46,882 nucleotides of DNA from a virus (lineage: Duplodnaviria > Caudoviricetes): the IMG/VR virus record IMGVR_UViG_3300031890_000017, positions 1-46,882 of that record; one strand, written 5' to 3'. Position 1 is the stretch's first letter. The number at the start of each line of letters is the position of its first letter. The notes under the pieces are model-generated. The model was not told the DNA's origin. It searched no databases and saw only the letters and a list, made by a program, of their open reading frames with translations. Positions 7,693-16,521 of the stretch are shown one piece after another. Position numbers and translations under genes: made by a program.

Positions 7693-8817
7693 TTACAACA
7701 GTTTATCAGTCATCCACTCATCCCAACTGGCTTTCGTATGGCTATTGATACCAGCAATTTCCGTGAAGCGCATACAGCACTGCAAGACTGCTTTACGAGC
7801 GCGTTCAGGACTCACACCAGCAAAGAATTGCAAGGTATCATTGACCAACGGTTTACCCAGGTCGTTGTCATTCTGGATACTCTGCTTTTTCGGGTCGGGG
7901 CTATTCGGGTCAATAAAATGTACACGATTAGCCACCATCAACCTGATTGCCTCAGCAGCACTGGTATCTCTCCACTCAGGCGGCATGTCTGCATTCGCAT
8001 GAAACGGCAGCATGTTCAAAAGCGTGGCCGCAGCCGCAATGTTACGCGAAGACAGAGGTAAATCCCCACCCGTATAGTCCCTCACCTCACGCATCCAAGA
8101 GACTAAAAAGCGTAGTACCCCATCAGGCACATGCCAGTCTTTTTCTGATCGCCCCTCTCTCCTATTTTCACGACGCACGATATCACGGGCAATCTTGGAT
8201 TCTGTTAAGGCTTCAGGATAGTCAAATTCCCATGTGACTAAACGACTAGCCAAACTTGGGATAATGCCCACATTGCCAGCAGACTTGCGTCTGTTATGAG
8301 CCAGCGCAAGACGAAACCGCCAATGCTGAAAGTACGTCATGTCACCGATGCTTATCATCCCTTCAGGGTCAACCATGCTATTGACTGGCCCCTGAATTGA
8401 CTCATCCCCATGCGTGAACTCATCGGCCACCGCAAAATGTCCCTCTGTCAGAGCTTTGCCCAGGACAGCAGCAACAGGTATTTCCGTGCCATTTTCAAAA
8501 CGATGTCCTGCAATAAGCGTACTTGGCATGGTATCAAGATTGATTTGCGTCCAGAAAAATTTTACTTTATCCATACGCTTAAATTTTTCTTCACCAACTT
8601 TTTCACGTATGGCAATATTTTGCATCCTGACAAACTGCTTCCCAAGCTCTCTCAACATATGGGTCTTACCCGTCCCAGGCGCACCAACACAGTTAATCGG
8701 ATGACTGGTTGCCAGGACAAAGGCCAGCATCTCTTCAAAGAGAGCCTGCTGGTCTTCGCCTATCACATGTGGCTTATCGTCTATATTCACCGCCACTTCA
8801 GGTATCATCACTGACAT
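7693..8817 (-). CDS. MoxR-family AAA+ ATPase
   Basis: Walker A GAPGTGKT, Walker B AVADE, sensor-1 LAHN, Arg finger LASR, sensor-2 LSSRN. Confidence 0.9.
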   Translation of the reverse strand: MSVMIPEVAVNIDDKPHVIGEDQQALFEEMLAFVLATSHPINCVGAPGTGKTHMLRELGKQFVRMQNIAIREKVGEEKFKRMDKVKFFWTQINLDTMPSTLIAGHRFENGTEIPVAAVLGKALTEGHFAVADEFTHGDESIQGPVNSMVDPEGMISIGDMTYFQHWRFRLALAHNRRKSAGNVGIIPSLASRLVTWEFDYPEALTESKIARDIVRRENRREGRSEKDWHVPDGVLRFLVSWMREVRDYTGGDLPLSSRNIAAAATLLNMLPFHANADMPPEWRDTSAAEAIRLMVANRVHFIDPNSPDPKKQSIQNDNDLGKPLVNDTLQFFAGVSPERARKAVLQCCMRFTEIAGINSHTKASWDEWMTDKLL

Positions 8818-8819
8818 GA

Positions 8820-9479
8820 CTATTCGTCCTCATCTTCGTCATCGCTACTAAACAAATGTAACTTTTTCACCGCCATCACCGTCTTTGGCTGCTCCTGCGT
8901 GCGATCTGTCACCTCTTCGGCTATCACCTCTGGACTCAAGACAGGATGTGCAACCTGGACTTCTTTCGGTGCCTCTTTTTCGACTTCGGTTGGCGTCTCG
9001 ACCTTTTTCTTATGGACTACCTTCGGTACAGTTATCATCACAGGCGTAGGCTCAGCCTCTTCTTCATGCTCCTGGGCAATCTCAGTCGGCTGGTCGTCCT
9101 GTACGTCTTCAACTTCCTCAAGAGCTTCTGCCGCCTTTGGACTTGTGTACGTTATATTGCCATCTTCATCCGACATCTGGAAGCCCATGCCCATCGTGTT
9201 TTCAATTTCCGCAACCATGCTATCGACAAGGCCAACATTATTCGTCAAGAGCTTCACGGCCTCTGATTTCTGGATAACAGGCCACTCCTGCTGCTGATTG
9301 CCATTCATGAGTAGACGGACTTCGTTGTGTTCGATCTTCAGCGCGATTTCAACCCGCGTATGGTCAGCAAATCCTTCAGCACTGGTTGGCCCCACAATGC
9401 GAAACGGTGTCTGTCGCAAAAAATTATTGAGTAGTATCAACACATCTAACGTGGTGATTTCCTCTTCCTGTTCTGCCAT
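8820..9479 (-). CDS. acidic hypothetical protein with a disordered C-terminus
   Basis: GGGGA SD; E/P/K-rich low-complexity tail ending DDEDEDE. Confidence 0.7.
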   Translation of the reverse strand: MAEQEEEITTLDVLILLNNFLRQTPFRIVGPTSAEGFADHTRVEIALKIEHNEVRLLMNGNQQQEWPVIQKSEAVKLLTNNVGLVDSMVAEIENTMGMGFQMSDEDGNITYTSPKAAEALEEVEDVQDDQPTEIAQEHEEEAEPTPVMITVPKVVHKKKVETPTEVEKEAPKEVQVAHPVLSPEVIAEEVTDRTQEQPKTVMAVKKLHLFSSDDEDEDE

Positions 9480-9487
9480 ATGTCCCC

Positions 9488-10003
9488 CTAAACTTGGGCT
9501 GATGCAGCTTCTTTGGCTTCTTCGGCCTCCTGCTGCTCAACCAGCTTATCATAATCCGTACGAGTGATAACGGCCAGCTTGAAACTACGTGGCTCCTCTG
9601 TGGAGTCAGCAATCGCTTTGACGAGCTTCAATATTTGCGGGTAGTTATTCGACTTATAGGCCACTGCAATTGAGAGCGGGAACGCACCAATATGCTGCAC
9701 CAGTTCAGCCATCTCCTCATAGTTGACACTATTAAAGTCCGACGTGAACGGTACTAAAAACGCTCCACCCGTTGCAGGCGGCTGTTGCTTGATACCGTTA
9801 TAGTGAACGGTTGCCATATGATACTCTTCACCCGCAACTTTTGCAAAGAGCAAACACTGCTGTACATCAATCGTGACACAAGCCAGCGCGTTATGGCCTT
9901 CGGTAAGCGGGGCGACAAAATGAAACCACGCTTTCCCCTCTTTGTTGATGCGCATGTTGTCAAGTGTCACCTCCATGCGTATCCCAGGCATCTTGTTCTT
10001 CAT
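9488..10003 (-). CDS. hypothetical protein (171 aa)
   Basis: GAGGAG SD, tight gene packing. Confidence 0.7.
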   Translation of the reverse strand: MKNKMPGIRMEVTLDNMRINKEGKAWFHFVAPLTEGHNALACVTIDVQQCLLFAKVAGEEYHMATVHYNGIKQQPPATGGAFLVPFTSDFNSVNYEEMAELVQHIGAFPLSIAVAYKSNNYPQILKLVKAIADSTEEPRSFKLAVITRTDYDKLVEQQEAEEAKEAASAQV

Positions 10004-10012
10004 AGAAAAATT

Positions 10013-10372
10013 TTACTCCTCATCGTCATCGGCTAGAAAAATTTTTAGCCATACATTCCACAACATAGTGAACTGGTCAACTGGCATCGCCACCCACCGA
10101 TCAGGCAATGATATACCATTCGGCTGCTCAAATCCCATGACAAACAAAGAAAATGGCCGACCCTGTGCTTGCGCTCGCAACTGCCTCAAGTCCTGATGCT
10201 TGACTGTTAGTTGTTGCTCACCTGTAAACTTGGCTTGCAGTTTGCGAAGCAAGTCATCTCCGTCGCCCTTGATCTCACCATTACCAGACCCAGGAATATA
10301 ATCCAACCCTAGTATCTGGCAAATTTCTTTATCCAGCAAGTAGCGGCTGTTGACGTTCTTCTGTTTCACCAT
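10013..10372 (-). CDS. putative PD-(D/E)xK nuclease / phage resolvase-like protein
   Basis: PGSGNG..KGDG…LQAK resembles small phage Holliday-junction-resolvase-like proteins; AGGAGG SD. Confidence 0.5.
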   Translation of the reverse strand: MVKQKNVNSRYLLDKEICQILGLDYIPGSGNGEIKGDGDDLLRKLQAKFTGEQQLTVKHQDLRQLRAQAQGRPFSLFVMGFEQPNGISLPDRWVAMPVDQFTMLWNVWLKIFLADDDEE

Positions 10373-10385
10373 AAAAAACTACCTC

Positions 10386-10430
10386 CTACTATAAACATAT
10401 AAGCAGGCAGTAGTATTTTATGCACGACTT
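10386..10430 (-). promoter_or_regulatory. phage promoter motif, copy 1
   Basis: AAGTCGTGCATAAAA-N12-CTTATATGTTTATAGTAG. Confidence 0.8.
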
Positions 10431-10461
10431 TGGAGTAAATTTTTTACTTTTGAAAAACTCG

Positions 10462-10692
10462 TTAGTGGAAACGACACCCCCACACCGTGCCATCAGAAAC
10501 CAACTGTAGCAATAACTGAAACATCTCACCAGCACGCTCAGTCGCAACATTCACCCACACATCAAACGGGTCTACAGGCTCATACACACGCACGCTCACT
10601 GCTGGAAAGTTATTGGCCGCAAACCAGCCATTCACATGCGCCACGCCCTCATAACGATCAACATAGAACTCGAACACGGTGCTACTCCGCAT
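10462..10692 (-). CDS. hypothetical protein (76 aa)
   Basis: GGAGG SD, overlaps the upstream gene end. Confidence 0.6.
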   Translation of the reverse strand: MRSSTVFEFYVDRYEGVAHVNGWFAANNFPAVSVRVYEPVDPFDVWVNVATERAGEMFQLLLQLVSDGTVWGCRFH

Positions 10693-10969
10693 CTGTAAAC
10701 AAGTCCTCCACTTCGATATGTATAGAGTGAATAATAGGCGGGTCTTTACTGCCCCACTTCTGTAGCCACTGAAACACCTGCACAGCGCATGAGATATTCA
10801 ACCCAAACGAGACCGTAGGCGGAGTTACATTCGTATTCACATATGAGACCGCGCTCAGTCGCGTGAATATCTGCTGGTCTATTTTCATGGCCTGCTCTGC
10901 ATCAACGGCCTCTATGGTGACATTAAATGCATAGCGCGTGAGGTCAACTTGAAACGTTGTACTTGCCAT
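10682..10969 (-). CDS. hypothetical protein, probable paralog of 10462-10692
   Basis: TAATG-coupled start MASTTF. Confidence 0.6.
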   Translation of the reverse strand: MASTTFQVDLTRYAFNVTIEAVDAEQAMKIDQQIFTRLSAVSYVNTNVTPPTVSFGLNISCAVQVFQWLQKWGSKDPPIIHSIHIEVEDLFTDAE

Positions 10970-11334
10970 TATTCTTTCACCACCTTGCGCGTCTCTTCCA
11001 GCGTTGCCCACACCGCCTCAAGCACAGTCAATTTTTCTTGGAACCATATCGTTCCCTGTAGCTTCCTGGCTAACCCAAACTTACGATGCCAGATAGCAAT
11101 CTCAGGCGTCCACTCTATGATGCGACTCTTATAGTCACGTTTGGCTGTGTACTCCCAACCAGTGTCAGCAGCATAACGTTGCCCCTGACCAATCGTGATA
11201 ACATTGCGATCATCACTAATGCCAGTCACCTGTACAGGCGCGTATTCATGTTCACCCAGGACATTCACCGTCATCAGCGCAACGGTGTCCCCAGGATTAA
11301 GCTCACTAACGTCTAAAAAATGTTCTGTTATCAT
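10969..11334 (-). CDS. hypothetical protein, possibly a small beta-barrel
   Basis: ATGA-coupled start MITEHF; LNPGDTV…VTGIS…ITI pattern. Confidence 0.6.
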   Translation of the reverse strand: MITEHFLDVSELNPGDTVALMTVNVLGEHEYAPVQVTGISDDRNVITIGQGQRYAADTGWEYTAKRDYKSRIIEWTPEIAIWHRKFGLARKLQGTIWFQEKLTVLEAVWATLEETRKVVKE

Positions 11335-11696
11335 GGTTGCTTCCCACCATTCTGTGCTATTTCTGCAATCAACATCACCTGTAGCTCTGCTGGCACTTGC
11401 GCGTGTTCCATCCAGAGCCACAACAACGGGTGATCTAAGTTCATAGTTAAATCAACAATATGCTCACGCTTCGGACTAGCGCATACGACAAACACCCGTA
11501 TCTCACCTTGCCCAAGGTCATGTTCATCATCGCCAATCATCTCTACAGTGACATCGACTTTTTCAACGGTATACGCCAGGTCTGCAATCGCTATCTGAAA
11601 CATAGGCATCTGCACACCAAAGCCACTCTTGATATGCGCGTTAAGCAAACTACAAATTTCAAACAGGGCTATTTCCTGCTCGTCCCTCTGTATCAT
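11331..11696 (-). CDS. hypothetical protein
   Basis: AAGGTGGG SD before MIQRDE. Confidence 0.6.
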   Translation of the reverse strand: MIQRDEQEIALFEICSLLNAHIKSGFGVQMPMFQIAIADLAYTVEKVDVTVEMIGDDEHDLGQGEIRVFVVCASPKREHIVDLTMNLDHPLLWLWMEHAQVPAELQVMLIAEIAQNGGKQP

Positions 11697-11940
11697 TCCC
11701 ACCTTCTTTCTTGTACGGAAACGCAATTAGCTCACCGCTAAAGTGCTGCATCTTAAACTGTTGATCTTCAATCTGGTATGCGGTTCCACCATACGGGGCC
11801 AAGATTTCAAAGAGCATCTGTAACTTCGAGTCGGCTGACGCAGCCGCAACACTGTTATGTGAAAACGTGCGTTTTTCTATCAACACTTCATCCATCTGGT
11901 GTAAGATACGCTGATACAACCCAAGCAACTCTTCATTCAT
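11659..11940 (-). CDS. hypothetical protein (93 aa)
   Basis: ATGA coupling. Confidence 0.6.
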   Translation of the reverse strand: MNEELLGLYQRILHQMDEVLIEKRTFSHNSVAAASADSKLQMLFEILAPYGGTAYQIEDQQFKMQHFSGELIAFPYKKEGGNDTEGRAGNSPV

Positions 11941-12251
11941 AGCTCACCACGCTCCTTCATATATTCGTTTAACTGGATGACCCCGATCATAAGGGCTGCA
12001 CCAGATACCATTAACTCGACTTCAGCAAGCGTATGCATCACCTCAGCATTGATTAAGATATTGCCCGCAATGGCCTCTATCATATACGGCTCAACCTTCA
12101 CCCCACCGAACTCCGCGTGGTCGGTAGCTGCACGCACCATGTCTAACATCGTCGCCACAAAGGTATACACCAGTTCAAATTCACCGAGTTTTTCCTCTTC
12201 TGTTCCCTGTGCTACTCGACGCATCGCCGTTATTATTTCCTTTTTGCTCAT
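11937..12251 (-). CDS. hypothetical protein (104 aa)
   Basis: ATGA coupling, GAGG SD. Confidence 0.65.
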   Translation of the reverse strand: MSKKEIITAMRRVAQGTEEEKLGEFELVYTFVATMLDMVRAATDHAEFGGVKVEPYMIEAIAGNILINAEVMHTLAEVELMVSGAALMIGVIQLNEYMKERGEL

Positions 12252-12487
12252 CGCCTCTCACCCGTCATCGTTCCGTCGCCAAGAACCGTGCCAACCCAAT
12301 GCCCCTCTAACACTCCATATGTCCCCTCAGACTCGCTCTCAGGCGGTACTGGCAAGATAATCTGACGGCAATCATTGTCGTCAATAGAATTATCTTCAAT
12401 TGCTGCCTGTAAATTTTCATACATCTTAAAATGAACCGCTATATGGTTATCACCAAGATAGTTGTACACAATCACAAATTGTTGCAT
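12248..12487 (-). CDS. hypothetical protein (79 aa)
   Basis: ORF on the coding strand, coupled to the downstream gene. Confidence 0.6.
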   Translation of the reverse strand: MQQFVIVYNYLGDNHIAVHFKMYENLQAAIEDNSIDDNDCRQIILPVPPESESEGTYGVLEGHWVGTVLGDGTMTGERR

Positions 12488-12523
12488 TTTTTTTACTTCT
12501 TTCTAAATTGCTCAGGAACATGC

Positions 12524-12552
12524 TTGACAGAAAATTTTTCTTATGCTATGAT
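12524..12552 (+). promoter_or_regulatory. near-consensus sigma70 promoter, antisense to the phage genes
   Basis: TTGACA-17 nt-TATGAT with an extended -10 TG. Confidence 0.8.
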
Positions 12553-12558
12553 TGCTTT

Positions 12559-12749
12559 TGTCGTCGCAAGACTGACCGCCCCGCTAGTACACAGCTAAAA
12601 TGTAAGAACCAACGGAAACGGTGCTGGCGAAGACGGGGACGCACAGGTGGGACAGGATATTACCGTATTTCACCTATCCTGCAAGAGCGCAAGCTCCTGT
12701 GAGAGAGGCCACCAGCAGCAAGCTACTGCTCGGTGGCGTTATCATTTTT
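12559..12749 (+). ncRNA. candidate small structured RNA
   Basis: GNRA hairpins GTC-GCAA-GAC, CG-GAAA-CG and GAGC-GCAA-GCTC; stems with plus-strand G-U pairs; terminal hairpin 12708-12737 followed by a T-rich tract. Confidence 0.65.
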
Positions 12750-13223
12750 GGCTGGCTTTTTATAGTAGAAAAACCCCTCACCCACGTCGTACACACGCCC
12801 ATCTATATGCTCAAATGTCTTCAATATGGTATACACCACGTACCCAGGTAAATCAAAGTCCATTGCTTGTAGCTGCGCATAGATGTTTTTAATCTCCACA
12901 TAGAGCTTGTCATCAGGGCTACGCTCCGTCGCCTTGCCTGTAGCATTGAGTACCTTCTGAATAAGTTCATCGTCACCCATATGCTCACCCTGTAGCTGTT
13001 CCTCTTCCGACTCTTTTTCAAGCGCGGCTGTTACCCGATAATCAATAACGATCTGCGAGATAACAGAATACAAAAAATTCTTATTCATCCCAGCCAACCA
13101 CTTCTTAAACTCCACCCATAGGTCTTCGTTCACCATCGTCAGGCGCGGAATACCCATCCCGTCAACTTCAATATTCACGATACTGGCATCAGCCCCGACC
13201 GTCAACGTCATTCTGCTGCTCAT
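12723..13223 (-). CDS. hypothetical protein with a possible C-terminal winged helix
   Basis: AGGTGG SD before MSSRMT. Confidence 0.6.
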   Translation of the reverse strand: MSSRMTLTVGADASIVNIEVDGMGIPRLTMVNEDLWVEFKKWLAGMNKNFLYSVISQIVIDYRVTAALEKESEEEQLQGEHMGDDELIQKVLNATGKATERSPDDKLYVEIKNIYAQLQAMDFDLPGYVVYTILKTFEHIDGRVYDVGEGFFYYKKPAKNDNATEQ

Positions 13224-13398
13224 GTAGCCCACCTGCTTTCTGTTTTTCAAGGGCTTCAATCTGTCCTTGCACCAGGTCGATAAGCCCCTGCCATGCAACT
13301 CGACCCTGCTCAGTGAGAGCAAACACCTTTGCATTCTGGTACGATTTCTTCGTGATCTGTAAGTTTGCTATCCTCTGCTCTATTTCTGTGGCGTCCAT
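13189..13398 (-). CDS. small coiled-coil hypothetical protein
   Basis: GGAGG SD, heptad-like pattern. Confidence 0.6.
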   Translation of the reverse strand: MDATEIEQRIANLQITKKSYQNAKVFALTEQGRVAWQGLIDLVQGQIEALEKQKAGGLHEQQNDVDGRG

Positions 13399-13955
13399 AG
13401 CCCACCTCCATGTTCAACCTTCAAAACGTTTATATCGCCACGTGCCTCTAGCGTTGGATAGGCCACCGTCATATTAATGGCATCGCATATATGATGCGGC
13501 TTGTCCAATCCAAACAGCGACTTCACCAGCGCAATAGATAGCTGCTTGGTATCTTGACCGCGCTTGTAGTGCAGCACCTCAGATTGCCAACTCGACACGT
13601 TGACGAGTATTATAGGAATAGGCTCAGGCACACCAGCAAACAACAGGAACGTTGCACCCGCCAGCGTTGAAAATGTCCCGCGCTTATGCGTCTCAAACGG
13701 TGTAGCTGCCATCTCCGTGACAACAATATCAGGCTTCCACAGCGTACATAACGTAGCAGTTATAGCAACAAGTCGCCGCGCTTTCGCACGAATACTTTTG
13801 AGCCGACGCCTGCCGACTTTGTATTCTTCAAGATAGGTTTCTAACACCACTGGCGGAGTATCTGACAACTGTAAAAGCGCAAATCCAGCAAGCGTTAGCC
13901 CCTGGTCTATACCCATAGCCCTCACTGTTCGCCCTTCCATTTCAACCACTTCCAT
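13380..13955 (-). CDS. RuvC-like Holliday junction resolvase
   Basis: MGIDQG..LAGF, IVVTE, SSWQ, TKQ and HHICDA match RuvC/RNase H-fold catalytic motifs. Confidence 0.8.
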   Translation of the reverse strand: MEVVEMEGRTVRAMGIDQGLTLAGFALLQLSDTPPVVLETYLEEYKVGRRRLKSIRAKARRLVAITATLCTLWKPDIVVTEMAATPFETHKRGTFSTLAGATFLLFAGVPEPIPIILVNVSSWQSEVLHYKRGQDTKQLSIALVKSLFGLDKPHHICDAINMTVAYPTLEARGDINVLKVEHGGGLWTPQK

Positions 13956-14042
13956 TTGCTATTGTATTGATGCTCATTCGGCTTGCACCTGATAACGCTG
14001 CATTTCCCTCTTCTGTACGCTCATCTACACTTGGGTAGCGGG

Positions 14043-14291
14043 TCATGTCTCACCTGTACTCTCTTCACGACGGGATGCAATATCTTTCCGAACCCTGTCA
14101 ACTTCACGCAATACGTACACAATAGCGTTTTCAACATCATCAATGACTTCATTTGGCTCAAAGCTATAATTCCCACCCTCAGCAAGAGCGGATAAGGCAG
14201 CCTCATGAAACTCACGAAGTGCGTGCAGCATCTCGCGCTGAAAGCGATGCGTTCTTTGCACCGTTGGCAAGTCACGAATAGACATTCCCAT
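14043..14291 (-). CDS. hypothetical protein
   Basis: AAGGA SD before MGMSIR. Confidence 0.55.
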   Translation of the reverse strand: MGMSIRDLPTVQRTHRFQREMLHALREFHEAALSALAEGGNYSFEPNEVIDDVENAIVYVLREVDRVRKDIASRREESTGET

Positions 14292-14301
14292 AACTGTTTC
14301 C

Positions 14302-14691
14302 TTATGCTTGAAGCTCTGGTTTCCCAGGTACAGTCTGCACACCAAGCGTTGCCGCCCTTGACATCATAATGATGTCTTTCAACATTTTTTCACCCAGGTC
14401 GTCTTTCGCCTCCGACTCCAAGATTAACCAGGCCGCATAGTCGATATAATCAAGCAGCCGCTCCTCTGTCCAAAACTGCTGTACGCGCAACTGGACGCAA
14501 CTCATGAAACAGGCAAAGGCATGTTCACGAAACGCCAGCGCATTCTTACTTTCGTCAAGCCTGCTATACAACTGGTCATGTTCATGAGGCAACTCCAACA
14601 AATCCATCACGCGAAATAAATTTTCGCGCACCACAACTAGCTCAGGAAAATTTTCCATCGCAGTCGCGTACCGCTCCTCTGGTGTTTTCAT
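14302..14691 (-). CDS. hypothetical protein
   Basis: GAGGAG SD before MKTPEE. Confidence 0.6.
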   Translation of the reverse strand: MKTPEERYATAMENFPELVVVRENLFRVMDLLELPHEHDQLYSRLDESKNALAFREHAFACFMSCVQLRVQQFWTEERLLDYIDYAAWLILESEAKDDLGEKMLKDIIMMSRAATLGVQTVPGKPELQA

Positions 14692-15220
14692 ATCTCGTCT
14701 CCTCATCAACTCGTCCTGGCATAAACTTCAAATCAAACTTATCTCGCGTCCCAGGCGACATATAATACGCCTTGATACACCCATGATCCATTAACTCGAA
14801 CAAACCCACATCTATGAACCACGTCTCATCGTCAGTGTTTGGAATACGCCTACGAGCCTCTAAAGCCAGAGGTGCCTTACGCACACACTGTAAACTCACA
14901 AACACCCAATCAAGCACCTCGTTATTACCGTCAATCCACACATACAGCATATAATCACCAAACCCAGACATAATCTTCTTTAGTTCTGTTTCATGCCCAC
15001 TGCCACGCAATGCACGTAGTGTTACACCACGATGTATCCCTGTGCGACGCACACGCACTGCTATATGTTTTTCATCAGCAACGATATCAGTCGCTTCACT
15101 TTGGTCTAAGTATTTACTCGCTACTGAACACTCAGCATATCCAAGACCATGCAAAATTTTAACAAGTTTAGAAAAAATCTTGTCCTGCGCCCAGGACTTA
15201 TCATTCTGCCATTGCGTCAT
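14642..15220 (-). CDS. conserved-looking phage protein next to the MT-A70 gene, possible nuclease fold
   Basis: GAGG SD; ATD…IAVRVRR…TLR…ETELKKI..G.GDYMLY pattern. Confidence 0.6.
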   Translation of the reverse strand: MTQWQNDKSWAQDKIFSKLVKILHGLGYAECSVASKYLDQSEATDIVADEKHIAVRVRRTGIHRGVTLRALRGSGHETELKKIMSGFGDYMLYVWIDGNNEVLDWVFVSLQCVRKAPLALEARRRIPNTDDETWFIDVGLFELMDHGCIKAYYMSPGTRDKFDLKFMPGRVDEETRYENTRGAVRDCDGKFS

Positions 15221-16403
15221 ACTTTGTTACCTCATTTCCCCATGCAGTAAACCCTACATGGTTCTCTCTTGCGAACACATCCACTCTTGGGCCTGGGCTG
15301 ACATCAAGCACCAATTGATAAAATTCATCAGGCTTACGGCTATGCTCTCGCACCTTGCCTACAAAATCTACACGCCTGCCAATATCAAGCAATGGCAAGT
15401 CGCCCTTCGTGCAAAACAACACATGCTCAGTGGAATACATCCATGAAAACGGCGTAAAACCAATATTCTTTACCCACGTCAGCAAACATTGATAATGAAA
15501 GCCCCACTGCTCTGCAAGATATAGTGCATCAGGTAGATGCTTATGCGTTGTCCACAAATAGAGATGACTATTCCCAGCCGCCATGTCTGGCACAGGAAAC
15601 TGCACTAAATCTTCCAAGCTCATAGTAGGATAATCCATAGCAACCTGGTTCGGACGAACATCCCGTAAAATTTTTTGCATTTCCCATGGCGGGTCAACAA
15701 CAAGGCAACTATACTTCCCTACTGGCAATAAGACATCTTTCGCTTTCAATGAGGCAAGATATGCCTCACGTTTCTGTCGTTCACGTTCTTCACTCGCCTT
15801 TTTTCGCTCAGCCTCTTGCTCAAATTTCTGTACCAGCTTGAAAGCAGCCTTCACACTCTCATCTTTTAGTGTCATCTTCACTACCACCGCCCGCTCAAGC
15901 CCAGCGTAGGTATCCATAAACAAGACACATACGCGACCCTGACGATACCATTCACCAGATTTGCCTAGCTTTTCAGCAACAAGATCAACCGTCTCACCAA
16001 CAGAACCAGTACCCAAATAGTTGTGTACTGCTTTTTTACCTTCTTCACTTTGCCTGTCACCGCCTACTCTTCCATCAAACAACCCTTCCCAGGCCATGCC
16101 CTCCCGAATTTTTTGCTCATTCGTTTTATCACGTCCCAAGTTATCCGATAACAATTTACGTAAGATATCAGCCTCGCTATCAAAGCACCGCCGTTCAACT
16201 TCAATTGTAGTGCGACCATCATTCAGTGCGGCATAATAACGCCGATGACCACACACCACCATATAGTCTTCCGACACAATAAGACGTTCAAAACGCACTT
16301 CATCTAACGGCTCTATTTCGTCATCGACATAGATAACGGCATTAAGCGGATGTGGCTTCAATAGCCCAATATCAATAGTTTCAATAAGATGCTGCTCAAC
16401 CAT
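15201..16403 (-). CDS. ParB-like N-terminal domain fused to an MT-A70 family N6-adenine methyltransferase
   Basis: LKPHPLN…VVCGHRRY ParB/Srx motif; VDPPW, YPTM, LYLW, WVK, TEH, HSRKP, DVFAR and WGNE are MT-A70 motifs. Confidence 0.9.
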   Translation of the reverse strand: MVEQHLIETIDIGLLKPHPLNAVIYVDDEIEPLDEVRFERLIVSEDYMVVCGHRRYYAALNDGRTTIEVERRCFDSEADILRKLLSDNLGRDKTNEQKIREGMAWEGLFDGRVGGDRQSEEGKKAVHNYLGTGSVGETVDLVAEKLGKSGEWYRQGRVCVLFMDTYAGLERAVVVKMTLKDESVKAAFKLVQKFEQEAERKKASEERERQKREAYLASLKAKDVLLPVGKYSCLVVDPPWEMQKILRDVRPNQVAMDYPTMSLEDLVQFPVPDMAAGNSHLYLWTTHKHLPDALYLAEQWGFHYQCLLTWVKNIGFTPFSWMYSTEHVLFCTKGDLPLLDIGRRVDFVGKVREHSRKPDEFYQLVLDVSPGPRVDVFARENHVGFTAWGNEVTKYDAMAE

Positions 16404-16476
16404 TTTTTAGCTCCTGAATAAAAACTGAGAGCAGGCATCACTGAGTTTCCATAGTAAGACTACGAAAAACCTGCTC

Positions 16477-16521
16477 TCACTATATACATATAGTCACCGA
16501 CCCTATGCTTATGCACGAATT
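16477..16521 (-). promoter_or_regulatory. phage promoter motif, variant copy 2
   Basis: AATTCGTGCATAAGC-N12-ACTATATGTATATAGTGA, same spacing as the other copies. Confidence 0.7.

Noticed and set aside
6033-8002. ORF-track entries across the RNA array (6033-6305, 6440-6625, 6597-6998, 6755-6970, 7152-7400, 7397-8002)
   Set aside because: No convincing SD, atypical Cys/Ser/Arg-rich composition, mostly on the non-coding strand, and they overlap dense RNA structure or the MoxR gene
12600-12660. c-di-GMP-I riboswitch-like GAAA loop plus GGGACGCA
   Set aside because: The elements are not contiguous as in the GEMM consensus, and there is no downstream plus-strand gene
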